This document shows positions 55,723 to 64,000 of a stretch of 64,000 bases of DNA, one piece after another. Under the pieces are notes generated by a model. It worked only from the letters and a program-made list of their open reading frames with translations. It searched no databases and was not told where the DNA came from. The stretch lies in sequence record NC_047770.1; one strand, 5' to 3'. Each line of letters starts with the position of its first letter. Position 1 is the stretch's first letter. The translations under genes and the position numbers were made by a program. The DNA is from Escherichia phage ESCO13.

Positions 55723-56268
55723 ATGATATTTACAAACTTTAAAAAATATATTCCTGAAGACCCTGAACTAAAAGAATTGGTAGAAGCAGAGAACATTCTT
55801 TTTCTTCGTTGCGATCAAGGTTACGACTGGTATGATTTACGTAGCACAGAATTCAATAACGATAAAATGAAAGTCGTTTTTGATGATCAAAATCGTATTG
55901 TGTTTTGGAATACTGATCCTACACTACTTTGCCCTGAAGATCTTTCTATAGCACAAGTAGACTTTAATATAGATACTTTTGAGGATATTAGGAACAAGGT
56001 TCTGGATTTAGAAACCTTAACTCTTAAAGATAAAGAGTATTCCCGTGAAGAGTTGATGACACAAGCTAGTGCAAAAATTCGCTCTTTACAAGAAACAGCG
56101 GTAGCACTTATAACACCTTTACAGTATGCTAAAGATTTAGAAATGGCTACTGAAGACGAATTAGCTTATCTTAAAAATCTTCAAGTTTATGTAGTTAAAC
56201 TAAATCGTGTTCCGCTTCAAAAAGACTATCCTTACGCTATAGATTGGCCTACATTACCGACAGAATAA
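55723..56268 (+). CDS. Putative tail fibre assembly protein
   Basis: 181 aa directly downstream of fibre gene (ATGA overlap). Confidence 0.35.
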   Translation: MIFTNFKKYIPEDPELKELVEAENILFLRCDQGYDWYDLRSTEFNNDKMKVVFDDQNRIVFWNTDPTLLCPEDLSIAQVDFNIDTFEDIRNKVLDLETLTLKDKEYSREELMTQASAKIRSLQETAVALITPLQYAKDLEMATEDELAYLKNLQVYVVKLNRVPLQKDYPYAIDWPTLPTE

Positions 56269-56277
56269 GGGATCACT

Positions 56278-56613
56278 ATGGAATTTCAAGAAGCATGGGG
56301 ACTTGCAAAGGATGCAATAATCCCTTTAATCGGAGTCATCTGGTTCTTTTTCAAACAAAAAATGGATAAATTCGGCTCTGATCTTGAGGAAATGGAGGAG
56401 AAAAGTCGAGAGCTAGAGAAGAAGTTGGTCTTTGTTGAATCAACTTATGCAACTAAAGCCGAACTTACCCAGATGCTAAATCAAATTAACTCTACATTAA
56501 TGGCAAATAATAACACCCTTGAGCAAAAAATTGAAAAGATTATGGACCTCAAGAATGCGACTATCCAAATGATGCTAGATGACATAGTTAAACGTACACA
56601 GAATAAGGGGTAA
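56278..56613 (+). CDS. Small membrane-anchored coiled-coil protein (holin-like or fibre accessory)
   Basis: 111 aa; single N-terminal TM helix followed by coiled-coil. Confidence 0.35.
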   Translation: MEFQEAWGLAKDAIIPLIGVIWFFFKQKMDKFGSDLEEMEEKSRELEKKLVFVESTYATKAELTQMLNQINSTLMANNNTLEQKIEKIMDLKNATIQMMLDDIVKRTQNKG

Positions 56614-56616
56614 TTA

Positions 56617-59600
56617 ATGGCAACATTCCCAACATATCCAGCAACGTCTCTCGAACAGGGCGTAGACCTGGTTATTTTCTCATCTAACCAACTCCATGAT
56701 GTTATTAATGGAAGTGCTACAGAGAGTATTGAAACAGAATCAGGGTTGATACCAACCCTGAGAAAAGCCCTTGTTGACAACTTTTTCTTTAAAAGCCCAT
56801 TGGATTGGGCGCAAGGCACAAACGAAACAGTTTTTAACCAACTACGTTATTTTCAGAATGGGGTATTGAGCGGTTATTATTATGCTCCTAATGCTACACT
56901 GGTAAACCCAATTCCTATGCAAGGGACTCCAGTAGGAGATAACAACTGGGTATTGTGGGGACTGAAGACAGAACAACTAGCAACAGAAGTCACCCCGTGG
57001 GTATACTCTGGTGCAACGGGTTATGAAACAGTAATTAGTCCTCCTTACATCTTTGATAGTGCTATTGTTACGATCAATGGTGTTATTCAGGTTCTGGGGG
57101 AAGCTTTCCGTATAGAAGATAGTAAGATCATCTTATCTGAACCTTTGGGACACGATCCTGCAACAGGACTACCAAACAAGCTTTTTGCTTATATTGGTAA
57201 AATCGTAGCTTCAGCAGATACAGATCCTAATCTAGAGAACCGTCTTGTTAGTTTAGAAACAAAAACGGAAGAACTAACAGAAAGCATGGATAAAGTCCCT
57301 CTGCAAACTATTGCTCGTAAATATGGTTTGTTAGATGACGAGGTGGCTTACGCAACAGCAGGTCAATCGTTAACAGGGATTAAAGCTCTGTATGATCCAG
57401 TAGCACAGTCTTCCTACACATTACCTCCTAACATCACAGGAACTTTAACATCCTTGTCTGTTTCTGGAGTAATGACTTATTCTGGGGGGTCTGTAGATCT
57501 TTCTGCACTAGCTGTTGAACGTGGACAGTTTGTTCATTTGCCTACAAGCTTTGGTAATAACGTAACTCTGACAGCTAAAAATCAGACGATTGGACGTGGT
57601 GCTGGTCGTTATCGTTGGGCTGGAAGTTTACCAAAAAGTATTTTGGCCTCCGATACATTGGAGACAAGCGGTGGATTAGGTCCAAATGCATGGGTTCTGA
57701 CCAATACAGAAGGACTGTTAACCCCTCGTGGTGGAACATACAACGATTTATTCGATGTTGTCTACTTGTCAGAATTTGCTAACAACACAACAACATATAC
57801 CACACCAGAAGCAGCTTTCCAAGCGGCACTGTTAGCAGCAAAAGCTTCGAAAAGCAAGATTCTCGATGCTTACGGTTGCGATATGACTTTCACGACAAGC
57901 TCTTTTGATATTCAAGGTATCACTTTGCGTGGGGGTGTGTTCCGTGGTCAACGCGACTATCGTGTGCAAAATGCTACAGTAGAAGGCACAACTTTCCGTA
58001 ACTCTCGTGTTATGTATTGGGGTGGTGCTGTGCGCATGTTCGATTGTTTGTGGGACGGTGCTCCTCGCGCAGGTCAAGTTGGTAGCTTGGTATTCCAAGG
58101 CAACCCAATATCAGGTACTTTTGAAATTGATAACTGTACTTTTAAAAACGGGTTGTATGGCATCCTTCAACAAGGAACAGGGGAACCAGTAACACATGGT
58201 GTCTTCCGTAACCTTACCTTCATGGACATGCAAGGTGATGCAATAGAACTGAACGTCATCAATAAACATTATGACGATGGTTGTGTGATTGAGAATATTT
58301 ACCTGTCTAATATCGATGGGACTAACGCTCCTATTCCTCTGTCCAACTGGGGTATCGGTATCGGTGTAGCTGGTAAAGGACCATATGGTTACGGAATACC
58401 TGATGATCAATATTGCAAGAATATTACAATTCGTAACGTTTTTGCAAAACGTTGTCGTCAGATTGTCCACGTAGAAGTTGGTCGTAATATCTCTATCGAA
58501 AACATTCATGGCGATCCAGACCAAACTGTATCTGTTGGGACAGGTTTGGCAACTGGCGCAGTTGTAATGTATGGAAGTAAAGACTTTACGATTGATGGTG
58601 TTTATGGAGAGCCTAAAACAGACGGTAGCACACTTGCAAGTAATATCCGTATGATTTATTTGGAGTGGGGAACTAACGCAGTTCTGGACGAAGAGGGTAA
58701 TCCGGTAGTTCCGGCACAGGGTAGACCTTCAAATCCATGCTTTAACTATTCTGTTCGTAACATTCACACCAAAACTGGGCGTGTTTTTGCGGGAGTTTCC
58801 GCTGGGCCAGGTTATGAAAACAGAGTTAGCTTTGAAAATATTCGTTGCGCCGCATTGCAGTTGTTCGGTATAGCTTCTTGGCTTTCAATGTCTAACATCA
58901 CCTGTAATATCTTCGATTGTGTTGGTCAACCTGAATCTGGTCCAGGGACATTTTATGATGGATTCTTCCGTAGAGAAAAATCTGTTCTTGAAATGGTTAA
59001 CGTAAACTGTTACCCAGATGGCAAGACGATGGTTACTGGTCGTCCACAGTGGAGCCGTTGCCGTTACTCGGATATTCATCGTGTCAACTGTAATGTTGAA
59101 GCTAATATGTATACCAATATCGCAGGTGGTATTGGAGCTATTGTAGGGACAACGGGCAAAGTTTATTACTTAGAGCCTAATCCTAGTCGAAACATTGATG
59201 GAATGCATTTCCCAACGGGGAAAGAGTTTGACAAAGGGGATATGATAGTCAAGGCGGATAATACGTTCTTCCTTGTAACAACAAGTGGGGCATATATTCC
59301 AGATATCCCAGCTTTCGGTATTCGAGCTACACAGGCAGGAGATACCTTCCTGACACAGAACTTGACTCCTAACGGGACAGCAACAAATGCTTCTTGGTTG
59401 TATCATTACCCTCTGTCAGCAGGGACACGTATCCGTATTCCTGGTGCTGGTGTAGGTGGAGCAGATTTGGACACAGTTATTACTCGTGCACCTTATCAAG
59501 ATAATGATACGTGGACTAACCCAGTTAAAATAGACATTGCAGATCCAATTGTAACGCCTACAAGTGCTGGAGTTAGAATTAAAACCATACCTAATGATTC

Positions 59601-59670
59601 CAGTAATGTTTCTGTAGGTAATACTGCGGTTATTCGCCCAACGCCAGTAGTAGATGTGCCAACAACCTAA
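56617..59670 (+). CDS. Tailspike with right-handed beta-helix (pectate-lyase-like) domain
   Basis: 1017 aa; repetitive Gly/Asn/Val-rich strand pattern of parallel beta-helix; followed by terminator-like hairpin. Confidence 0.55.
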   Translation: MATFPTYPATSLEQGVDLVIFSSNQLHDVINGSATESIETESGLIPTLRKALVDNFFFKSPLDWAQGTNETVFNQLRYFQNGVLSGYYYAPNATLVNPIPMQGTPVGDNNWVLWGLKTEQLATEVTPWVYSGATGYETVISPPYIFDSAIVTINGVIQVLGEAFRIEDSKIILSEPLGHDPATGLPNKLFAYIGKIVASADTDPNLENRLVSLETKTEELTESMDKVPLQTIARKYGLLDDEVAYATAGQSLTGIKALYDPVAQSSYTLPPNITGTLTSLSVSGVMTYSGGSVDLSALAVERGQFVHLPTSFGNNVTLTAKNQTIGRGAGRYRWAGSLPKSILASDTLETSGGLGPNAWVLTNTEGLLTPRGGTYNDLFDVVYLSEFANNTTTYTTPEAAFQAALLAAKASKSKILDAYGCDMTFTTSSFDIQGITLRGGVFRGQRDYRVQNATVEGTTFRNSRVMYWGGAVRMFDCLWDGAPRAGQVGSLVFQGNPISGTFEIDNCTFKNGLYGILQQGTGEPVTHGVFRNLTFMDMQGDAIELNVINKHYDDGCVIENIYLSNIDGTNAPIPLSNWGIGIGVAGKGPYGYGIPDDQYCKNITIRNVFAKRCRQIVHVEVGRNISIENIHGDPDQTVSVGTGLATGAVVMYGSKDFTIDGVYGEPKTDGSTLASNIRMIYLEWGTNAVLDEEGNPVVPAQGRPSNPCFNYSVRNIHTKTGRVFAGVSAGPGYENRVSFENIRCAALQLFGIASWLSMSNITCNIFDCVGQPESGPGTFYDGFFRREKSVLEMVNVNCYPDGKTMVTGRPQWSRCRYSDIHRVNCNVEANMYTNIAGGIGAIVGTTGKVYYLEPNPSRNIDGMHFPTGKEFDKGDMIVKADNTFFLVTTSGAYIPDIPAFGIRATQAGDTFLTQNLTPNGTATNASWLYHYPLSAGTRIRIPGAGVGGADLDTVITRAPYQDNDTWTNPVKIDIADPIVTPTSAGVRIKTIPNDSSNVSVGNTAVIRPTPVVDVPTT

Positions 59671-59676
59671 TGGAAT

Positions 59677-59703
59677 AGAGGGGGGGATTCCCCCTCTTCT
59701 TCC
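59677..59703 (+). terminator. Terminator-like GC hairpin after tailspike gene
   Basis: 8-bp stem AGAGGGGG/CCCCCTCT followed by a weak U-tract. Confidence 0.45.
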
Positions 59704-59733
59704 AATAGAATGGTCTAATGATAGGAGAGATAA

Positions 59734-61758
59734 ATGAATTTAACAAGACCTAATAGTGCGATAGCCGATCTGGTAGAAGCTACTTATCGAAAACGTCGCA
59801 GCTTTGAGGCAGGTTTTACATTACGTAATTCCCGTGAAGTTTTGCTGTTAGCAGCAGAAGGGAATTATTACCAATGGAAAGGAACTTTTCCTAAAGTAGT
59901 TCCAGCAAACTCTACGCCAGCCACCACAGGTGGTATTTCTTCCCTTGCATGGCAAAATGTTGGGACCGCTGATGATATAGCAATTATCAATGCCAAGTTT
60001 ACGGCAGTGCAACAACAGATTAATGATTTGTCAGAAGCAATACCTGAAGCTGGTAAATCGGCTTATCAGATCGCACTTGATAATGGTTTTGTTGGAACAG
60101 AAGCCCAGTGGCTTGCTTCTTTGAAAGGAGATACTGGTGCTCAACTTAATATTAAGGGATCATTAGCAAGCACTAGTGAACTACCATCTACAGGTAACAT
60201 CGCAGGAGATGGTTATATCGTAGGTGATGTGATTTACGCTTGGGATGGTTCTGTTTGGAAACTTATTTCTTCTCTTGGACCAGAAGGGAAATCAGCTTAT
60301 GAGGTATGGTTGGCAGATGGTAATACAGGATCTGTTTATGACTTTCTTACCTCTATAAAAGGTGATAAAGGTGATGTTGGTCCTACAGGGCCACAGGGAG
60401 CACCTGGTGTTAACGCCAACGGTTTTGATTATCGTGGGGATTTACCTTCTACAAGTAACTTACCACAACCTAACTCTGAAAACGTAAGCCAAGCTTATTC
60501 TATCAATGGTAATCTTTATGTCTCTAATGGGACAGCTTGGGTCAACATGGGTAATATTGTTGGTCCTCAAGGTCCACAAGGTGAGGCAGGTAAAGACGGT
60601 CTTGATGGAACAGATGGAGATGAAGGGAAATCTGCATATCAAAGTTGGCTGGATGCTGGTAATGAAGGGACAGAAGTAGATTTTATTGCCTCACTTAAAG
60701 GTCCAAAAGGAGACAAGGGTGATCAAGGAGAGCGAGGTCCACAAGGTGAACTAGGTCCACAAGGACCAGTGGGTGCAACAGGATCAGGCTTAGAGATTAT
60801 CGGGGTTCTGAACAGTGAAGCTGAACTTCCTCCTACTGGAGAAGTAGGTGACGCATATAAAATTAATAATGATTTATATGTTTGGGTCCAAGATGCTACG
60901 GAATGGATGAATGTTGGCAGTCTTGGAGGAACATCAATTACAGCTAAAGGTCATGTTCCGAACAGTGAAGCTCTCCCTGTTTACAATAACTATGGTGATG
61001 CTTACTTAACTGAAGACACTAGTAATCTTTACATCTATACCTACGATCAAGACACCAATTCCGCATCTTTTGTTGACATGGGAAGTATTAAAGGCGACAA
61101 AGGTGAAAAAGGGGATAAAGGAGATAAGGGTGATCCTGGAACAAACGGAACCAACGGTACTGATGGGACCAACGGTAAGGATGGCGCACAGTGGTTTGTA
61201 GCAACAACTAATCCAGTCACAGGAGACGGTGTTATCAATGATTACGCCTTCAATACTACCACTGGAGCAGTGTTTAAGAAAACAGATTCTTCTACGTGGA
61301 CGCTTATAGGCACTCTTCCTAGTATACCAGAAGCCCCTCAAGACGGCTTGACGTATGGTCGGTCTGATGGAAACTGGATCGAAATATCAGGATCAGATCC
61401 TACGGAAGCTATAACACCAACTAGAGTTACAGCAGGTTTCATGGAACTTGAAACAACTACTGCCAACTCTGGAGCATCTTGGACTCCTTCTGGAACTTCC
61501 AATATGTATGTTGTTACAGTAACTGATGCTCTGACAGTTGGAGCATGGCCTGGTGTCACTGGCTCTACAAAACCTAAAGCATTTTCAGCAATGATTTATT
61601 TGATTCAAGATACAACGGGACACACGGTTACACTAGATGCGTCTTATGGAGCACTAAATGATACAGAAATAGCAACTACTGCTAACGCAGTAACAATTTT
61701 GCAATTAACGTATCCTGGTGTGGGTGATATCGTGGACATGGTTGTTGTAACACGATAA
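59734..61758 (+). CDS. Tail fibre with collagen-like Gly-X-Y tracts and GKSAY repeats
   Basis: 674 aa; three copies of GKSAY...WL..GN.G......SLKG.KGD plus GPQGPQGEAGKDG and GDKGEKGDKGDKGDPG tracts. Confidence 0.65.
   Translation: MNLTRPNSAIADLVEATYRKRRSFEAGFTLRNSREVLLLAAEGNYYQWKGTFPKVVPANSTPATTGGISSLAWQNVGTADDIAIINAKFTAVQQQINDLSEAIPEAGKSAYQIALDNGFVGTEAQWLASLKGDTGAQLNIKGSLASTSELPSTGNIAGDGYIVGDVIYAWDGSVWKLISSLGPEGKSAYEVWLADGNTGSVYDFLTSIKGDKGDVGPTGPQGAPGVNANGFDYRGDLPSTSNLPQPNSENVSQAYSINGNLYVSNGTAWVNMGNIVGPQGPQGEAGKDGLDGTDGDEGKSAYQSWLDAGNEGTEVDFIASLKGPKGDKGDQGERGPQGELGPQGPVGATGSGLEIIGVLNSEAELPPTGEVGDAYKINNDLYVWVQDATEWMNVGSLGGTSITAKGHVPNSEALPVYNNYGDAYLTEDTSNLYIYTYDQDTNSASFVDMGSIKGDKGEKGDKGDKGDPGTNGTNGTDGTNGKDGAQWFVATTNPVTGDGVINDYAFNTTTGAVFKKTDSSTWTLIGTLPSIPEAPQDGLTYGRSDGNWIEISGSDPTEAITPTRVTAGFMELETTTANSGASWTPSGTSNMYVVTVTDALTVGAWPGVTGSTKPKAFSAMIYLIQDTTGHTVTLDASYGALNDTEIATTANAVTILQLTYPGVGDIVDMVVVTR
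60052..61170 (+). repeat. Intragenic repeat region (three ~28-codon GKSAY modules and collagen-like triplets)
   Basis: Repeat modules begin near 60052, 60286 and 60625; Gly-X-Y tracts near 60361-60412, 60562-60627 and 61072-61170. Confidence 0.55.
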
Positions 61759-61762
61759 CAGA

Positions 61763-61786
61763 AGCCCCGAAAGGGGCTTTCTTTTT
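61763..61786 (+). terminator. Rho-independent terminator after collagen-like fibre gene
   Basis: AGCCCC-GAAA-GGGGCT hairpin followed by TTCTTTTT. Confidence 0.7.
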
Positions 61787-61799
61787 ATGGAGGGTTTAA

Positions 61800-64000
61800 A
61801 TGTTTCCAATTCCAATATTTACTATTATGACCAGCACTGGTGTCGTTCCTCTGCCAGCAGGTATTGTTAAAAAAGTAATCACTTTAGATTACCCAGATAA
61901 CGCTGGTAATTCTAACAGCAGTTTAGCAATTTTGCTTAATGATGGTAGATTGTTTACTCAAGGCGCAAACCTCTTTGGTGAGATTGCAGATGGAACTCGT
62001 AGTGCACGATTCAATAATTTCCACTTAGCTTCTACTGTAGTAGCGGATGTGTTTACCGCAGATCGTTGTTTTGTTATTAAAACTAACAGTGGGGGATGGC
62101 AATATTCAGGATTGACAGCAGGGTTGGTAGGATCTATAGCAGCAGGTGGTACGGATGCATGTGTAACTACCTGGACCAGCTTTCCATCTGTAATAACAGG
62201 GACTATTTCTTTAGCCAATCTTAAAGAGGTTAAAGGAGGGTATAACAATACTCTCTGGTTAATGAATAGTGGTGTTCTTTATGGATCGGGTCAAAACACA
62301 GTAGGTAGTTTAGGTGCAAGCACTACTAACGAAGTTTCTACTCCTCGTCAGATAACAAGCGCAGCAGTTGCTTTTGATGCAGGTTACAACCAATGCTCTT
62401 ATGTCAACAATGTGGGAACCTTGCGTGTTTGTGGAGCTAGTAAAGGTTTAGCAGGTAATAATAACACAACAACAGCTTTTGTCAATGCCACAATATCCAC
62501 TACTGAAACAGTGTATGTCAAAGATTACATCAATACAGTTTCCCAGACAATAGTTGTAGGAGATACCTCCGGTGGCACGGGTACAGTAAACTACTTATAT
62601 GTTAGATCTAATACAGAAACAACCTACACTAAACTGGATACCTTTGCAGCAGGTTTCTCAACATGGAAGTTTCCACCAAGCCGCCACTCTTTTTTCGTTG
62701 GGATCAATAATTCCTTGTGGGCTATTGGTAAGAACTACACTGCAAACTTAGGTTTGGGGTATGATTCTGCGAGCGGAGATCCACTCCAAGTGGGAAAACC
62801 AGTTAAACCTGAAGGAGTGGGTTCTTGGGATATAAACAAGCTCACAAGCGTTCATACGCTGAATATGGATGTTACTAACCAATTAGGTTATCAAGGAACC
62901 TTTTTCGTTTATAATGGAGATATGTATTATTCCGGTATTTGGAAAGATGGGAAAGCCTCGTATCTGTTCAATAGTGGTCTAAACTATAATAAATTCACAC
63001 CAATAGCAAGCTCCGTGATTACGGGCGATATTCTGGCAACAGGCTTAACTACAGATTCTTTAGGAATTTGTATTGTAGGTGGAACTAAACAGTTGACACA
63101 TTCTGTTAGCCCAGAAGGAGGCAAACTTTTCAATATTAAATACACTTCTTCTGCCCCTGCAAACATGACAATATCATCTACTGGTTTAATGACTTTCCAT
63201 GCAGAAGGTGGTTTTGATGCAGGTATGACAGCCTTAAACGCTGAAGGAACAACTTTATCAGATACCTCTGGAGGATATGCTTCAACATTGAGTGTTTACA
63301 CCCCTAGCTTATCTGCGATGGATGTAGGAACAACACAAACAATGGTAGCAGAAATAACGCCAACAGGAGCAGCAAGCTTACCTGGTATGGTTGTTGAGTA
63401 TTTCTCTAATGACCCTACGGTAGCAACAGTTGACCCCGTTACAGGCGTTATTACAGCGGTTGCTGATGGAGGTTGTCGTATCGGTTGTAGAGCAACTTAT
63501 CAAGGTGTGGTAACTGCCGAAGATAGTTCTTATCTCACAGTGAATGCTGTGGTGATTGTGATGGATTATGATTTGACGCAAGAAACTATTCCGGCGGATG
63601 TAAAGGTCAACAGGAGTAACCGTTATGCCAGGGCTTCTGGAGATATCCTTGTACCTACAGAGAGTTCTGCTCCCGTAGCACCTTTAGAATATGTTGGTAC
63701 AACTCCACAAGGTAGACGTGTTGTAGCAGCCAACCGTACACATATCTTTATCAACAATAACTTGACAACAGCTTCCCCGTGGTTGAAGACGAACTTGACA
63801 GTCACGGCATCAACAATCAACTCTCCGGTTGGAACTACAGCTAACACTTACAAGTTAACACCTTCTACAACTTCAGGACAACATATTTTATCAGCAGTGA
63901 ATACAGCTTCTGATATTACAGCAGGTAAGCACTGGGCGGCATCCGTATTCTTGAAGCCAGACGGGATCACTAAAGTGAAACTCAAATTGACTTCAGGAGA
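61800..64000 (+). CDS. Tail fibre/receptor-binding protein with C-terminal Ig-like (Big_2-like) domain, 3' end beyond window
   Basis: ATG at 61800 with GGAGGG SD; frame open to window end (over 730 codons); Ig-like block VAEITPTG...VTAVADGGCRIGCRATYQGV. Confidence 0.5.
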   Translation, partial: MFPIPIFTIMTSTGVVPLPAGIVKKVITLDYPDNAGNSNSSLAILLNDGRLFTQGANLFGEIADGTRSARFNNFHLASTVVADVFTADRCFVIKTNSGGWQYSGLTAGLVGSIAAGGTDACVTTWTSFPSVITGTISLANLKEVKGGYNNTLWLMNSGVLYGSGQNTVGSLGASTTNEVSTPRQITSAAVAFDAGYNQCSYVNNVGTLRVCGASKGLAGNNNTTTAFVNATISTTETVYVKDYINTVSQTIVVGDTSGGTGTVNYLYVRSNTETTYTKLDTFAAGFSTWKFPPSRHSFFVGINNSLWAIGKNYTANLGLGYDSASGDPLQVGKPVKPEGVGSWDINKLTSVHTLNMDVTNQLGYQGTFFVYNGDMYYSGIWKDGKASYLFNSGLNYNKFTPIASSVITGDILATGLTTDSLGICIVGGTKQLTHSVSPEGGKLFNIKYTSSAPANMTISSTGLMTFHAEGGFDAGMTALNAEGTTLSDTSGGYASTLSVYTPSLSAMDVGTTQTMVAEITPTGAASLPGMVVEYFSNDPTVATVDPVTGVITAVADGGCRIGCRATYQGVVTAEDSSYLTVNAVVIVMDYDLTQETIPADVKVNRSNRYARASGDILVPTESSAPVAPLEYVGTTPQGRRVVAANRTHIFINNNLTTASPWLKTNLTVTASTINSPVGTTANTYKLTPSTTSGQHILSAVNTASDITAGKHWAASVFLKPDGITKVKLKLTSG

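Overview
This 64 kb window reads as part of a large tailed dsDNA phage genome (contractile-tail, myovirus-like), not a bacterial chromosome. Positions 1-24078 are a dense block of minus-strand genes: a T4-lysozyme-like endolysin, a complete dTDP-L-rhamnose pathway (rmlB-rmlA-rmlC-rmlD), NrdC-like glutaredoxin, class Ia ribonucleotide reductase (nrdA/nrdB), ThyX, an HNH endonuclease, a MazG-like NTP pyrophosphohydrolase, an ATP-dependent DNA ligase, a three-gene RNA-repair set (metallophosphoesterase, RNA-ligase-like, P-loop kinase) and many small early ORFs. A divergent AT-rich control region (24080-24558) with GTACT repeats and palindromes separates this from the plus-strand half. The plus strand carries small zinc-finger ORFs, a cluster of 12 tRNAs plus 2 tRNA-like elements (25537-27549), overlapping spanins, an intein-containing large terminase, a lambda-like head module (portal, scaffold, gpD-like decoration, gpE-like capsid) and a P2/Mu-like tail module (sheath, tube, frameshifted chaperone, tape measure, baseplate) followed by several large fibre/spike/depolymerase-like proteins. 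Most noteworthy are the phage-borne rml operon, the RNA-repair set next to the tRNA cluster, an Asn-anticodon tRNA with a long variable arm, two tRNA-like elements without anticodon loops, the terminase mini-intein, and a 147-codon open frame with no start codon. All calls rest on reading the sequence and remembered family motifs; no database search was run.
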